Assembly: GCA_951406725.2 (NCBI GenBank)
Contig: OX597816.1
Coordinates: 46,872,001-46,936,000, forward strand
Length of the DNA: 64,000 bases
Direction: 5' to 3'
Source: Octopus vulgaris
Lineage: Eukaryota
In this document: one piece after another, positions 11,511-24,862 of the stretch
How positions within the stretch are numbered: the stretch's first letter is position 1
Layout: each line of letters begins with the position of its first letter
Program-made: the position numbers and the translations under genes
The notes under the pieces: generated by a model
Database searches by the model: none
What the model was told of the DNA's origin: nothing
Seen by the model: the letters and a program-made list of their open reading frames with translations, nothing else

Positions 11511-12379
11511 GGATTATTCTTGGAGCTCTTTGCAAAAGCCAAGGACACAGCTTCTTTGTCCAGAATATATTTGTAAATATTCTTATATAAATTTTAGTGT
11601 TTTGACAGAAGCCATTCTGAAGCACCATCATTAAATTTAAATTAATTAATAATGGGTGTAGAATGACAACAGAATAGAGTGGAAAATAATAAAATTCTGG
11701 ATTTTTCAAAAACCACATATTCAAGTTTTCCTATAGAAGTTGCATTATTTGACTATTTGTACTATTTTTCATAGTTTAGAAGTCTTCTGAGATAAGAATG
11801 GTATACAGCTGTTAAAAAGAAGCTCTAATGCTGTTCCAGTTTTTAAATATCTTCCTTATTCTAGAGTTGAACAAATGAAAAACATCATGCCTCTTATATC
11901 AATAAAATAATTAATTGCTAGGCATGATTTAAGTAACCATATCCCGTCTTTTCAAATTTGTAGCAATGTGCTTAATCATATGTATAGTTCTAATTTCTTT
12001 TAAACCATATAAATTTAAATTTCCTTAGAAAATATCAAATAAGAAAGCAATAAAATGTAAAAAGTAATAAATTTTAATATCTATGATGATCATTGGTGAA
12101 ATCTGAAGTCATTCACTAATGGAGTCTCTAAGAACCCTAACAGTAATTTAAAAAGTTATAAACCTATGAATTTGTTAAATTAAAGATTCGTTATTTTTCA
12201 GCATAGATGTATTTCTGCAGTGTTATAAGCTTGCAATTTTACTGCTAAGACTGAAAATTCCCTACTAAGGCATGAACAATTCTACAAAGTATCCTTATAG
12301 AAAAATAGCCCACTAAAGAAAGGGGCTTTGGAATGTAACAAAACAATTAAGGAATTTTCATTCCCAGTCAGTTCTTCAA

Positions 12380-15300
12380 GCCATATTAATTATCGGGTGA
12401 ATTGTCGGAATCGTTAAACGTCGGACAAAAAGCTTACAGTTACAATCCTTTATGTTCCGAGTTCAAATCACGTCGAGGTCAACTTCGCTTTTCTGTCCCC
12501 ACCCCCCAACAGGTTGATACAGCAAAGTTACAAGTACTTGGATCGATTCCTAGAACGCATCCTTAATATTAATGTAATTATAACTGAAGTCGAATATTAA
12601 ACAATCGTATTTCTAGCTCCAAGATTATTTCCTGTTTGATGGGGGAAAATCTGTAAAATTATAAAAACAGCATTCCAAAAGTTATGCTTCCATTTTAGGG
12701 CTGGAAATACTTCTCTGCTCAGTTGTTGAGCTTGTCTCTCTACAAACACAAGAATGACTCACATGAGAGTACTGCCCACATATCAAGGAAGGTAGAGATG
12801 TTATACACACAAACATCCTAGATAGCATAAAAAAGGCCATCCAGCTGTTTGGCAAACGTTCACTCATCAGCTTACTAAACCACGAGCTTACAGATGCGCC
12901 ATTGCCATTTTTTCTTCTAAGTAATATAACGTCCTCTGCGCCTAAAGAACTATCACCTTCATCCAAAAAAACCAACTTCAGATCCTCTTTTAAAATATCC
13001 AATCATTCTAACACAAATGGTAACAGTCAACCTTCATTGTGCCCTGTTTTCCTCAAAGGTTTCAGACCCTGGAAGTTCACTTCTGCCCGAGGGCCCGTAT
13101 AGGTCATAGACATTACATTTCCTCTTATTAAATTATAAAATTAAGCTAAAATTCTTGGTGCAGTTTACAACTCAAAAGATCTGATTTCATTTCTCATATG
13201 ATTCATCATTAATATCACTGTTCATTTCGCTATGAACGAGTTCGACATTCCAATAGTCTGCGTCGTACAAATGTTTTTGCTACTTTTTTCCTTCCGCATT
13301 ACATTGCTTCTAAAATTTCCAGTTGGAATTAGAATAGACACCCAGTCATCATTATATTACAGTTCGTGCCAGAAAAAAAAAAATTACTATTTAAATTGCA
13401 AATTAAACTTAGTAATAAACATAAGTTGTTCGCAGAAGTCTAATTTATTCTTCAAGAACCTTAGTTGTGAAGGGAGTTATAATAGAAATGACATCCTATT
13501 TTACCAATTATTATAACCATTTCTGTTTGAGTCAAGACATTCCAACATTGCGTCTTTCTCTTTCCATTCACACTGTCTAGTTTACTTGACGTATTAAATG
13601 CATTACCTTAATCTTTCCTTCGCAATATCTCCCTACCATACGAGTAAACTTACAAATATTATGTAAACTGAAAGTGTTCCAAACTTAACCTCAGGGGAGT
13701 GGGGGAGGACTTTATCATCTTGGCCTTTGAATTAATTAAAACAAACCAAAAAGTAACTTTTTGCAATTAAAATTAAAAAAAATATAAGATTCATTTTAAA
13801 ATTCCAGTATGATATCCGCTAAGATTAAAGACATCTTATGAAAATGATGCATTGTTCTAGTATAATCCACTAATTACGTCAGAATTTTGTAACAATTTTC
13901 CGTAGCGGCTTTTTTTTAACTTATATAATTGTTGTTTTTCTATTATTATTTCTCATTTGTGGGTGCCTGCACGACAACACCTCTCTTAAGCTTTATATTC
14001 CTTGTAAACATTGTTAAAAATAAATACGACATATTTAAAGGATTTGATAAAAATACATAATTTCCAGAAGGCTTATATCTCCTGCAGACATAGTTACATT
14101 GAAACTGCAAAATAATGCTTATGTCATAGTCTCGTTCAAATGAGACTTAGCACACATCCGCGATCTATTAGTATTTTTAATAACGTATATGTTTAATTTT
14201 TCATATTTGTATCAATAATCGTTAAAAGTTTTCTGTTTGAATGTGAAAAGTAATTAATTCCGGAAATAAAACAGTAATAAAAGTGAAAACAATTAATTTT
14301 CATTACTAAGAATATGTATGTATTTTAAGAGAGGGGGAGGAATTTTTTTATTCCCATGACTCTGTGTTCAGCCGTACAGGTGTGCATCCATCATGGCGGA
14401 AAGCGGTGAAGAAACGGAAAGGAAAATTACTATTACAGTTAAAACAAGTAAAGAAAAGCAAGAGATTAAAGTTGAGGCTGATGTGTCGGTCAAAGAGGTA
14501 ATTTGTTTTTTTGTATAGGATTTTGTACAACTCATTGCTTAAAAGTTGTTGACCGATTAGCTCCAGTATATAACACCACCCCCATCCCGTCCGTATCTTC
14601 TCATTGGCAGTATATATATATACTGTCGTTAAAATTTGTTTGAATTTGTTTATGAGTTACTTGCTTTATGTATTTCTGTTTGTTTTTTCATAATCTCAAT
14701 TGATTTCAGATCTGTTGTACTTTCTTGTGTTTCTGTTATTTAAACTCGAATATCGTTTAAGAGTCGGTGTGGATTTTAATATTGCACAAAAATCGGAGAG
14801 TAACAGACAAGAATCCTCCCCCTCTCGAACCTTGAAAAATAAAAAAAAAAAATTAAAAATCGAAATTCTTTCGTGTATCAAGGAATTAAATTACGAAGGC
14901 TTTTTTTAGACGAAACAAGTGTAGCAAAATCCTGTTTCTATTTACAAATGAAGTTGAAATATAAGATTCGTCAGCCTTTAAGAGTGAAAACTACGTGTCC
15001 GTTCATGATAAGGGAAAGGCGACTAGAATACTACTATACCGAGTTAAACGAGCGTGGTTATCATCCTTGTCATAAATTAAGCATGGAATAAAGGGCAAAA
15101 AATTTTCTTAACAACCCCTCATTTATTTTATCTTCAACATATGTTGAAACTATTTGTTTGGTTTTGGTTCTGAAACATGTGTTTGAGTTATGTCATTTGA
15201 CTTGTGAATCTTATTTTATGTTTTAGATTTCCAAGTAATTTTCAATAAACCGTAGATGATATATGATTTGTAAGGCATGTTCGATGAAAATAAACTCTTA

Positions 15301-16130
15301 CAACTCATTTCACTTGAAATTTACACACGTTTTGTCTTCGATTACGACTCTGCTGTACACAATCATTTTCAAGTAACTTTCTCTCTATATAAACATATAA
15401 AGTGCCTCTCGGTTTATAGATGCTTTTGCTAATTATCCTTTTCGAGTAGATTTGTTGGATTCCTCAAAATATACCGAGAAGCACTAACGTTGATGGCTTT
15501 GAATGCACATTAAAATAAAGATGGTTTGTTGCAAATTTCGAAACTTTTTCTTCTATAAAACCTGTTCGTTGTGTCAGTGCTAGCGATGCGTCATAAGATC
15601 AAAGATTTACGAAACATCATCAGATTTTAACATTTACAAAGTTACTGTTTTTAACGATATCTTATAAAAACGTATTCCCTTCCCAGTTTAATTGAAGTAG
15701 ATGAATCTCTAATGTTTATGTATTTTACAAGGACATCTACGACCCAACAAATGCAGTTCTAACAGGAAGCAATTGAAATTGGGTCGCGGACTCAGTTCAC
15801 CGAGAACTCTCTCTCGCCATCACGACGACCTCAAATGGAATCATCTCGAAGCTGTTGGATGAAATTTATTGCGATTTTAAAAAAAATATCGACCGATTTA
15901 TTAGCCTTATTGAGTTGATTCTAACATTAAAGTTCTTTTTATGATTTCATTCGGCATTTCCGGTGTTTTAACAGCATTACTTTCTGCTGTTGAACAGGCT
16001 TCTTTCAGGATATAATATCTACTATCTGTATTTAGTCTTGAATATAGGCCAGTAATTATATTTTTACGGGTTTTAAGATTTCTTACGAGAGAGCCACGAA
16101 TTACTTTCACAATGTTTAAACTACCCATTT
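12380..16130. promoter_or_regulatory. CpG-retaining promoter / first-exon region of ubiquilin
   Basis: CG dinucleotides visibly frequent here versus depleted flanks. TTCCGGAA (ETS-like) at 14258-14265, TTCCCATGA (ZNF143/Staf-like core) at 14351-14359, TTACGTCA (CRE-like) at 13874-13881, ATGGCGG (YY1-like) over the start codon. Motif function is unproven. Confidence 0.6.
14393..14497 (+). CDS. UBQLN1: Ubiquilin exon 1, start of UBL: MAESGEETERKITITVKTSKEKQEIKVEADVSVKE
   Basis: ATG in tcATGGcg context; ITVKTSKEK matches the ubiquilin VTVKTPKEK motif; donor GAG|gtaatt, phase 0. Confidence 0.93.
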
Positions 16131-19100
16131 ATAAATGTTTTACTTCCTCTTCAACGTGATATTTTCAGATTTTGTAGTGGTTCATTAGGTCCAGTAACAA
16201 ACAAGCTAGACATGTGCTCAAACATTGTAATGTCCACGGCATTGAATATCATTTGAAAAAGTTACAAGATAAGTGATTGCTTCATAAAAAGACAATCAAA
16301 ATTTATACGTAGTCTGATGCTTGGCTTGTGAATGATGTTTGAAGAAGCTAAAGGCTGTATCAGGGTTTGCAGCTCGATCTGAGAAGAATTGGGTATTCAT
16401 ACAATTCTGTCCTTGAAATTTATTGTCTAATCAATCCAAAACATGCAGGATGGAGCGAGAGTGAATGAATTATTGAAAGACAAGTGCTACTTGAGGATAA
16501 AATCGTTCGTAGGCACATACAAGGAAATGGATATTTTGGTATTTGGGGGAAAAAAAAAAAAGGTAAAAGTAGGTAGGTAATCATTAGATCAAATGCAACA
16601 ATTGGGCTGGTAATTGGTGTAATTTTGAGAACCTTGCCAGCAAAATTTAAAGTTATGTGTTAACTATAAAAGAAACAAGAAACGATGTACTTGTCAGTTA
16701 CTGTAGGAAGGTTTGAATATATTTCTTCTAAATATCTGATGCAATATTTTATTAGCCAGATTATCTATTATGGATTATTGGAGTTAGTTTTCTTACCAAT
16801 GTTTTAGATCGATGCTATAGTGTCTCAAGTGCAGGGAACTGAAATTGCCTGTTTTTTTCTGTTTTATGATTTTCTATACAAAAGACATGTTCAGGAGTGT
16901 TGAAAGCACAATAAATAATTGCTAAAGGTTGAGTTTGTTAAGATGCTAAAGTTGAGCCTTACAAATGATTTCAATCTGAAAGCATTAAAAAAAAATTACC
17001 AGTCATAGGTATGTGCTAAAGAAGTTTGTTTCATGACCACATGGTTTCAGGTTTAGTCTCGCACTACTTTGAACAACTGTTTTCTATTATAGCTCCAGAC
17101 TGACCAATGCCTTGTGAGTGAATTTGGTAGATGGAAACAACGCAGAAACTGTTCTGCTTTCACTCTCTGCTCATCCCTTTCACTTCTATGGTACCTTCCA
17201 GCTTTTTTCTCTTTCTGCATTCAACCACTGCTCCCTCATCCTTTGTCTCTCTTTCACTGTCATTTCTCCACAGCTTCTCTGCCACCTGAATTCCTCATTT
17301 CTCTCTCTCTCTCTCCTTTTGCAGCCATGTCCAGATTCTCATCACCATTATCCTTTTTCTCTCTTTCATGTTTCTTTCCTCCTACACCTACCCATGTTCA
17401 CTTCTCCTCCCTCCATGACGCTGGTTAAACACTGGATCCTTCTACACAACCCACTTTATCACCTTTTGCTATTGTCTCCACCTCTCTTACCAACCCTTGA
17501 CACAAATCCTTTCTCTTTCCCCTTCATACTCCTTCCTATTTTCTGTGTATCCTTTGTTACTCTCTTCACTATCACTCACCCACAACACTAAATCTGTTCT
17601 TCATATTTTTTCCTCATCACTCTCTTATTCTCTTTTATTGTAGGGACACCCTTTAGGTTCTTTAGTCTTGCAAGTTGCATGGTGACACTAGAAAAAAAAA
17701 TACAAAACTCTGTGCACTGTAAAGTATTGTGTTAGAAAGAGCATCCAGCTGTAGAAATCATGCCAAAGCCAAGACATTAAGTACTACATGCAATTTCATT
17801 GACTTAATCCTTTGACTGCGACTGAAACAAAAAGAATATCTAAATATTAGCTTGGTATGTAATCATTCATTATATATGCTGTTTTAGTATCAGTACCTTC
17901 CTAATTATTATAGATAAGTAAAGTAAGATCAGCTATTTGGTCTGTTATACGAATATTCTTGGTTTTAGAAATCTTCAGACAGCATACAGTATTTTATATA
18001 GACACCTGTTAGTCAAACACCTTGCCTATGAAATATGGAATAGAACTATCTCGCTGACTATTTTACATTTGTCTGTCTTATTGGTGTGCTCTAGGACCAA
18101 CTTGGATGTCTCCCAACTTTCTGTTATTCCTTTTATTAATAACTGCCTACCAATCTCATCTCCAACACTGTTCTTCAAAAGTGACATACTTGACATGAAC
18201 TGCACTGATTGTATTCCAGTTCCACATCTTTTTGCTTTTAAAATATTTCTGTTATTGAATTAGACAGCTTCTTGAGATTTTTTACAGTAGCTTCTTTATG
18301 AGTTTCTATGCTTTACATGAGGTTACCCTATGCTTGTTTGCATGCTGTATAATTTTTGTGATGTATACTTTGATTATTCTTTCTGTATAATCAAGTTAAC
18401 CTTTGATCCATTATCTGTATTTTCTTAGTCTCCGGGTTTTCCCAACTGGAGTATTATATTTATTCATAAAGGGTTTCAACCTTCTCACTGAATACCTAGG
18501 ATGATCTTATGTTCATCATTATTACATTGTATTTATTATAAGCCTTTTTACTTCCATTCACTCACTTTTGCCCATTCCTGTATTCCTCTCCTTTCAGTAG
18601 AATCACTTGCATATCCATCAATTCTAATAATCAGTCTATCTCTTGGATTTCCATTTGACTTGTTGGACTGTTTGTGTTCTACTGTTATGTTTTCATACAG
18701 CCTTAGAAGCCTGATATGTTACACATATTTTCTTTTCATATAAAGAAAAAGCTTTTCAAAGATATATAATCTCTTTTACAGCATCCTAATTAAAAGCTCT
18801 TCATCCAAGGGAAATCACTGCTAGAATGGTGTAAAATCTCGTCATTAACCAAGTTTCGAAAATAGTGCATTGTAGCTTTTCTTGTTCTTTGGCTACTATC
18901 CAAATCTTTTGTTTTTCTCATGGTTGGCAAATATTTTTTTTCCAGTTATTCTATTTTGATGTCCACTTGTTGATTCATACTCAACTTCCACAGATCTTTT
19001 TTCTTGGCAGTCTTTTATCTTTCATCAACTCCCTTCTCAAAATCTTAGCAATCTTTAGCTTACTTTATTATACTCAGTATTGTCAATTTTCAGTTTTATG

Positions 19101-19554
19101 CTAACTTCTTTAATTCATAATTATTACTTGCATTTATAAGCTTACTGTATGGCAATAATGAAAAACAAACTTTGGTACATTAAAACTGCATCTTTTGTTT
19201 GAGACTTGAACTCTGAACTTTATTCAGTTGATCTTTTGGATGAAGAATTCTCTTTTTAACAAATATGATCAGTCTTTAAATTTTCTTTTCCCATTCATTC
19301 TAACTGCAGCCACTTCTAGTAATGCAGCTTTTCAGATATTGTGTAATTAAAACAATTCTTTATTGCCGAATACTGTGGCATCAATGGGTAAATTAGTAAA
19401 ATAAAAACAAAAGGGAAATTTTTCATCTTGTATTTTTACTTCATATTTCATGATGGAGGTAAATGAATTTATATGTTCTGATTCCAGTAAGAGTTTGTAT
19501 TTGGCTTCTTGTGTATCTTTTGTTTGGTCATGCAAATTACTCATTAATGTAAAA

Positions 19555-20440
19555 CAAGGCGGTAGGTATCAAAAGGTTTTCAAGCTAGTTATGTTTAATA
19601 AAAAATAAATTATTTAATTAAGTTTTACCATCATCTTCTTTGAAGTGGTCGTCTTGTGCAGCAATATACTGGTCCCAGCATTCCTGTCGCTTTTGGAATC
19701 TGGCCTGGAAGTTGTTTTTCATAAGCGAGTCGAGGACCTTCTCTGACTTGCTCAGGATCTCTACAATGGTGTTAAAACAGCGACCTTTGAGCTGCGTTTC
19801 CATCTTGGAGAAGAGATGGAAGTCCGCAGATGCTTAATCTGGCGAATAGGGTGGTGCAGAAGTGATACTATGTTTTTTGGTGAGAAACTCATGGTTAAGG
19901 AGAGCTTGGTGACGGTGCATTGTCATCATAAAGAATTCTTTGTGTTCCACAGATCTGGTTGCTTTCACTGAATGTCCTCCCTCAAACGCATCAAAATGTT
20001 ACAGTAGGACTCTTGATTGATAGTCTGGCTCTGGGGGGTGAATTCTTGATACACGATACCACATTTCTGGGGGTGATGCTTGTGGCAAGTCTTCCAGGGA
20101 CATTCTTCTGCTTTTGAAGCACTTGTACCACTCGAAACATTGCATACGACCCATTTCCTTGCCACCATAAGCTTGCTGAAGCATACTCAATGTCTCTAGC
20201 AGACTTCCCCAGTTTAATGCAAAATTTTATGTTGGTTCTTTGTTCCTGTCTATGACAAAATCGTAGACTACAGCATACACCTGATCATAAATTTCACAAC
20301 TTGTGAAGTAAACACAGCAAATGTCACTCAGCACACTGCCTAATGAAGGTCACTACTAGCTTTCATTGCACATGCAGTGGTGTGCTGCCATCTGTTGGCA
20401 TGCAACAGAGCTAGTCTGGGAACTTTTTGATACGACCTTT
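19555..20440 (-). mobile_element. Internally deleted, degenerate mariner (DD34D-type) transposon
   Basis: HTH-like LSMLQQAYG...FEWYKCFK, GIVYQEF..QTINQESYC..L.RLRE, PPYSPD-like, LFSKMETQLKGRCF..FQ..QECWDQYI; TIR remnants gtatcaaaaggttttcaagctagt / ctagtctgggaactttttgatac. Confidence 0.85.
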
Positions 20441-21067
20441 ATTCAGTTGAACTCAACAAAATTTAGTTGGTTAGTTTCATCAGACATGAACTAATGTCAG
20501 TTTGGAAGTAGATACCACTATCTAGTTTCTGATTTGAAAATATCTACAATTAATAAATCTATCCTGCACACTGGATTGCAGTTTTCCTGTATTCTTGATT
20601 GGTTGCTTGTTCTTGTTTTCACAGTGTCTGTTGACAGCCTCCACTATTTGTAAGGTTCAGCACCACATGTTTTGCAGTTTTTGTTTTTTCTGTTCTCTAG
20701 TTGGTGTCCATCTGAACACTGTTTTTGCATATTGATGATTTGCCAATTGCATTCTTCATTCTATCAGTGTGTCTTGGAGTCTTCATGATGATGTTCTTAT
20801 TACTTCTTTGTTTCTGATCTGATTGTGGTACAAATGCCTCAGAACATTCTTGTCCAACTTTTCGGTGACTTTTCAGTCTTTTCTTGCATTTTGTTTGGTT
20901 ATAGGACTGTTGGTTGTATGATGTTATTGTACTGGCAGATCTAAATGCTTGTGTCCATGGGCCAGATTTTGTATGATTTTTTTTTCTTTTTAAATCCTTC
21001 AAACTTTAATCGGTTGTAAAAGGTGCAGACAAAAATAAATTGAATTTTGAATTTAATAACTGAACCC

Positions 21068-21376
21068 TGTGCTTGAGGAGACCTATTGAGTCAAGTACAT
21101 CAACATCAAAAAATCAAATGGAAATTGTAGTTGTGATACTTGTGCTGGTGGCACGTAAAAAGCACCAACCGATCGTGGCCGTTGCCAGCCTCGCCTGGCA
21201 CATAAAAAGCACCCACTACACTCACAGAGTGGTTGGCATTAGGAAGGGCATCCAGCTGTAGAAACACTGCCAGATCAGACTGAAGCCTGGTGCAGCCTCC
21301 TGGCTTCCCAGACCCCGGTCGAACCGTCCAACCCATGCTAGCATGGAAAACGGACGTTAAACGATGATGATGATGA
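21068..21376 (+). mobile_element. Family-C SINE / RTE 3' end
   Basis: ggtggcacgtaaaaagcacc...aacccatgctagcatggaaaacggacgttaaacgatgatgatgatg. Confidence 0.8.
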
Positions 21377-23703
21377 AAATACCGAACCAACAAAAATCAT
21401 GAATTTATCACTCAACACTTTTATACAATAGAACATGTATTTCTAGTTGTGCAAATTTCTGGCAATAATAACATTTTTGGAATATTTCATTTGTCTGTTA
21501 TGATTTTATTCAGCATGACATCAAAACTGGTTTGGATTGTCTTCATCTACTTCTTCATTTCAGTCATTGAGGTCTGACAAATATGTTACTGGCTGGGTTG
21601 CACATGAGAATTTTGAGTGTAGTTATTGCAAAATCTGACAAAGATTTGGGAAAAAAAAGTTCAGGGTTTATCAAAAGTCCTGAAGGTGACCATATCCATG
21701 ACTAAGCTATGAGTTGTTGCAGGAAACCATGAGTCCAACAACAGTATAATAATGTAATATTGTTTGATTAGTTGGAATTAAGTGAACTGGAGTCCTATGT
21801 GTTTAATTGTTGAAATTTTCTAGTCCACTCTACATGAGTAGACATGTGACACTGACATAACTGTTCTGACTATAGACAACTTTCAGTTTGATAATAGACT
21901 CTTGTATTGTAACGGAAAGAAAATCAAATTTCTCTGATGGCTCACAATAAAAGTTGAATTCAGTTAACTTGATAAGTATTTTTCAAAGAGTGGGGAGGGG
22001 CAAATTGCCATGCTTATCAAAATTAAGATGGCTTTAGACTTTTTCTAATACTACAGTGAAAAATGAATTATATGGATATAAAGTCTATTTTGTCTTCCCA
22101 TTAATAAGAATGGGAGACAAAAATTTCACTGATATTTTGTTGGGAGTGGGTGTGTGAATGCTGGTATTTGTCAAAATGAGAACCACCAAATGAGATAATT
22201 TGAGTTAGATTTTAAAGATGCAACCCATGTTTTTCTTTGAGTTTTGATCTAAGATGAAATTTTAAAATCAGAATTCATCAGTAAGGTAAGCCAAAAACTG
22301 CCTGGTATGGATAATATTCACTCCAAAATTATCCAAAAGGTTTAAAGCTTTCGAAACAAAATCTAATTGATGAGATTCTAATATTACTGGGTCGAGAAAT
22401 AATTGTGCAAATAGTATTTGAAATTCATAATGTCAGATTTTGGGTCAGAAATTCTGAAAATTTAACTGTCAAAATGAGAGTTTTTAGGCAATTGCTACAA
22501 TTTTTTTTTTTTTTCTTCAGACACAAAAATGTTTTGAATAGATTATTTGAATATGATATATTTTTTTTTGTTTTTGACAAGGAAGATATTGCATTGTTTT
22601 TCCCCATTGGTTTTATAGCGAGGTGAATTCATAGCTCCAGGAATTTAAAGCACATAGTTTGAGAAAATTTTGCAGATTTATTAAAATTCTGAAACCTCAA
22701 AACATATTGATGTAAGAACAGTTAGAAAAGATAGTATGTCAGTTGGCATGTGAAGATGCAGAGTGAAATGGAATATGATTTTTACATATGTTGATAAATC
22801 TTCTAACAACACAACTATTTAAGTTTGTCAAGGAAGAGCTGAGCAATGTCAGTGCTGAAAGGGATATTGCAAAGTTCGGTCACCATGCAAGGGGGGAAAA
22901 ATTTAGAAACAACATGGTTTTATTGAAATCATCATTTCTTAATTATCTCACAATGAAAATTTATAAATTATTAGAGCAAGTAAGTTATAAGAAAAACACA
23001 GCAAAAGAATGCATGAAGTAGAGAAAGTGTATTTCTACATTACTAAGATCTTACAAACTTGTAAATTATATGGTAGTCCATGTATAACCACAAATGAATA
23101 TCCTCTTAACTAAAGTGAAATTAGTGGGAAAATTGTGAAGACAGAACTGTTGTACAGCAGAAACATTTGCCAAGTTGAAAGAAGAGAACCACTTGAACTT
23201 TTCCAGATGATAAAGATCTATGAAGAAATGCTGGAGAATTTGTTTGTCAGTGATGCAAAAATAGCTTCAATATCATCGTCTTCTATTCTTGAGTTACTAC
23301 AAATGAAGAAGTGTCAAAAATAATCCTGCATTCTACATCATCTGTGAAAGTCACAACTAAAACCTAAAACTTGTACCACTAAAGTTAGTGTTAGAAGAAG
23401 AAAAGCATGTACAGTTGCTACTTGGTCATGTCACATTAACAGCTGAATGATGTCAGTTTCTTGATTGAGCATCTACATAATTTTCTTAAGAAAGCAAACC
23501 CAAGTCTTGGATATATCTAACTTCTGATGTTTGTTTCTGATGATTAAATCTTCCCTATAACATTTTTGGTGAGTAAGAAACTAATATTGGGGGTTGCGTT
23601 CTATGCCTTGACCCAAGCATATAACAGGGCTGGAAAATGAATGGAATGCCTGGTGTGTTTCTTGTTGTGGCTACCCCTTCTTAAAAAAATGAGGAATATG
23701 CCT

Positions 23704-23705
<2 letters not shown>

Positions 23706-23750
<45 letters not shown>
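23706..23750. repeat. (TA)n microsatellite
   Basis: Pure dinucleotide run. Confidence 0.95.
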
Positions 23751-23754
<4 letters not shown>

Positions 23755-24334
23755 CTTCTTGTATAACTTTTGCTAGAACAGATAAGAGATTTAACTGATT
23801 TATTAATAACATTTAGAAATTGTTTGATCTTTATATTGTTTGTCAATGAAGAAACAGATAAATGTTACTGTCAACAATATTTAGGTTTAGTATGAAATAC
23901 CAAACCAATTTTGGTTTGCCTGCTGATGAATTTTGATAGTAAACATTTTTCTTTGGTATTTTTTTCTTTGGTCAAAACTTATCCAAGAAACATGGGTTGA
24001 ACAAAATCTGAAAGATTAACTCATAGGTGACCTTGACTAGCTTAGCAATAAAATTTGTCAAAATATATTGTATGAGAGGAAACCCAGATACAAGGGGTTT
24101 GTAAGATTTGAGAGTATCAGTATGGACTGTTGGTGCTAATTTACAAGAAAGGTTGAATGTAGCTTGGTGATGACTGCATTTATATGAACAGGTAAGATGC
24201 TGATTAAGTATGCTGCAAAAGATGTTTACAGTAGCCTAGAATAAGGGAAGATTTGACTGAAGCAATCTGGGTGGGCATAAATCTAACATTTGTAACGATA
24301 AAGAAATTTGCTTAGAATGACAATGTACAGCAGA

Positions 24335-24659
24335 CTAATCTCTAGAACCATTTTTTATCAATGAATCCCTTTGATTGCTAATTCATTCTGGTGCCCCCCC
24401 CCCTCCAGCCATTCCATGTTTAAAAACTAGTTTTAGAGAAGCTTCTCAAATTCCTACTTTGTTTTTCACACATTGTGTAGGTTGAACTATGTAAAATGTT
24501 GGAGAAAGAAACATAGCTGTTTCTTGCATACATATCACTACATACATCTAAAGCAAAATTTTTTCAAAGACCCTTAAAATTCTATTGTGGATCCCCAGTT
24601 TACTATTTTGCTGTGTGGATCCCCCAAAATCCTATATGGATCCTAATTGAGAACCATTG
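24335..24659. mobile_element. hAT-Charlie-like MITE, inverted relative to the copy at 48238
   Basis: Shares tacatctaaagcaaaattttt and ttgagaaccattg with the reverse complement of 48238-48578. Confidence 0.65.
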
Positions 24660-24831
24660 CTATAAAAGAATGGATACTAAAATGAGGATTGTGACCATAG
24701 TGAATTCAGAATAGATATACTTTTTGAAACTTTTATGTTTTAGAATATTATTTGAAGAATTTGTCAACAGTTTTTATTATGAATATTTTTTTTACTGAAT
24801 GTAGCACAAATTTTGAAATTAAAATTTGATA

Positions 24832-24862
<31 letters not shown>

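Noticed and set aside
12131-12142. AACCCTAAC as a telomerase RNA template
   Set aside because: It is a short match in AT-rich sequence with no pseudoknot or H/ACA context visible.
12682-13113. NUMT (UGA as Trp) or RNase P RNA (GGGTCTGAAAC)
   Set aside because: There is no resemblance to any mitochondrial protein I know, and the other RNase P conserved regions are absent.
17114-17591. 104-aa and 157-aa Leu/Ser/Phe-rich ORFs
   Set aside because: A pyrimidine-rich low-complexity tract lacks stops by composition, and the ORFs start inside a SINE.
20560-21002. 101-aa minus-strand ORF as a nested gene
   Set aside because: There are no splice signals or recognisable domain; the composition fits a decayed LINE fragment.
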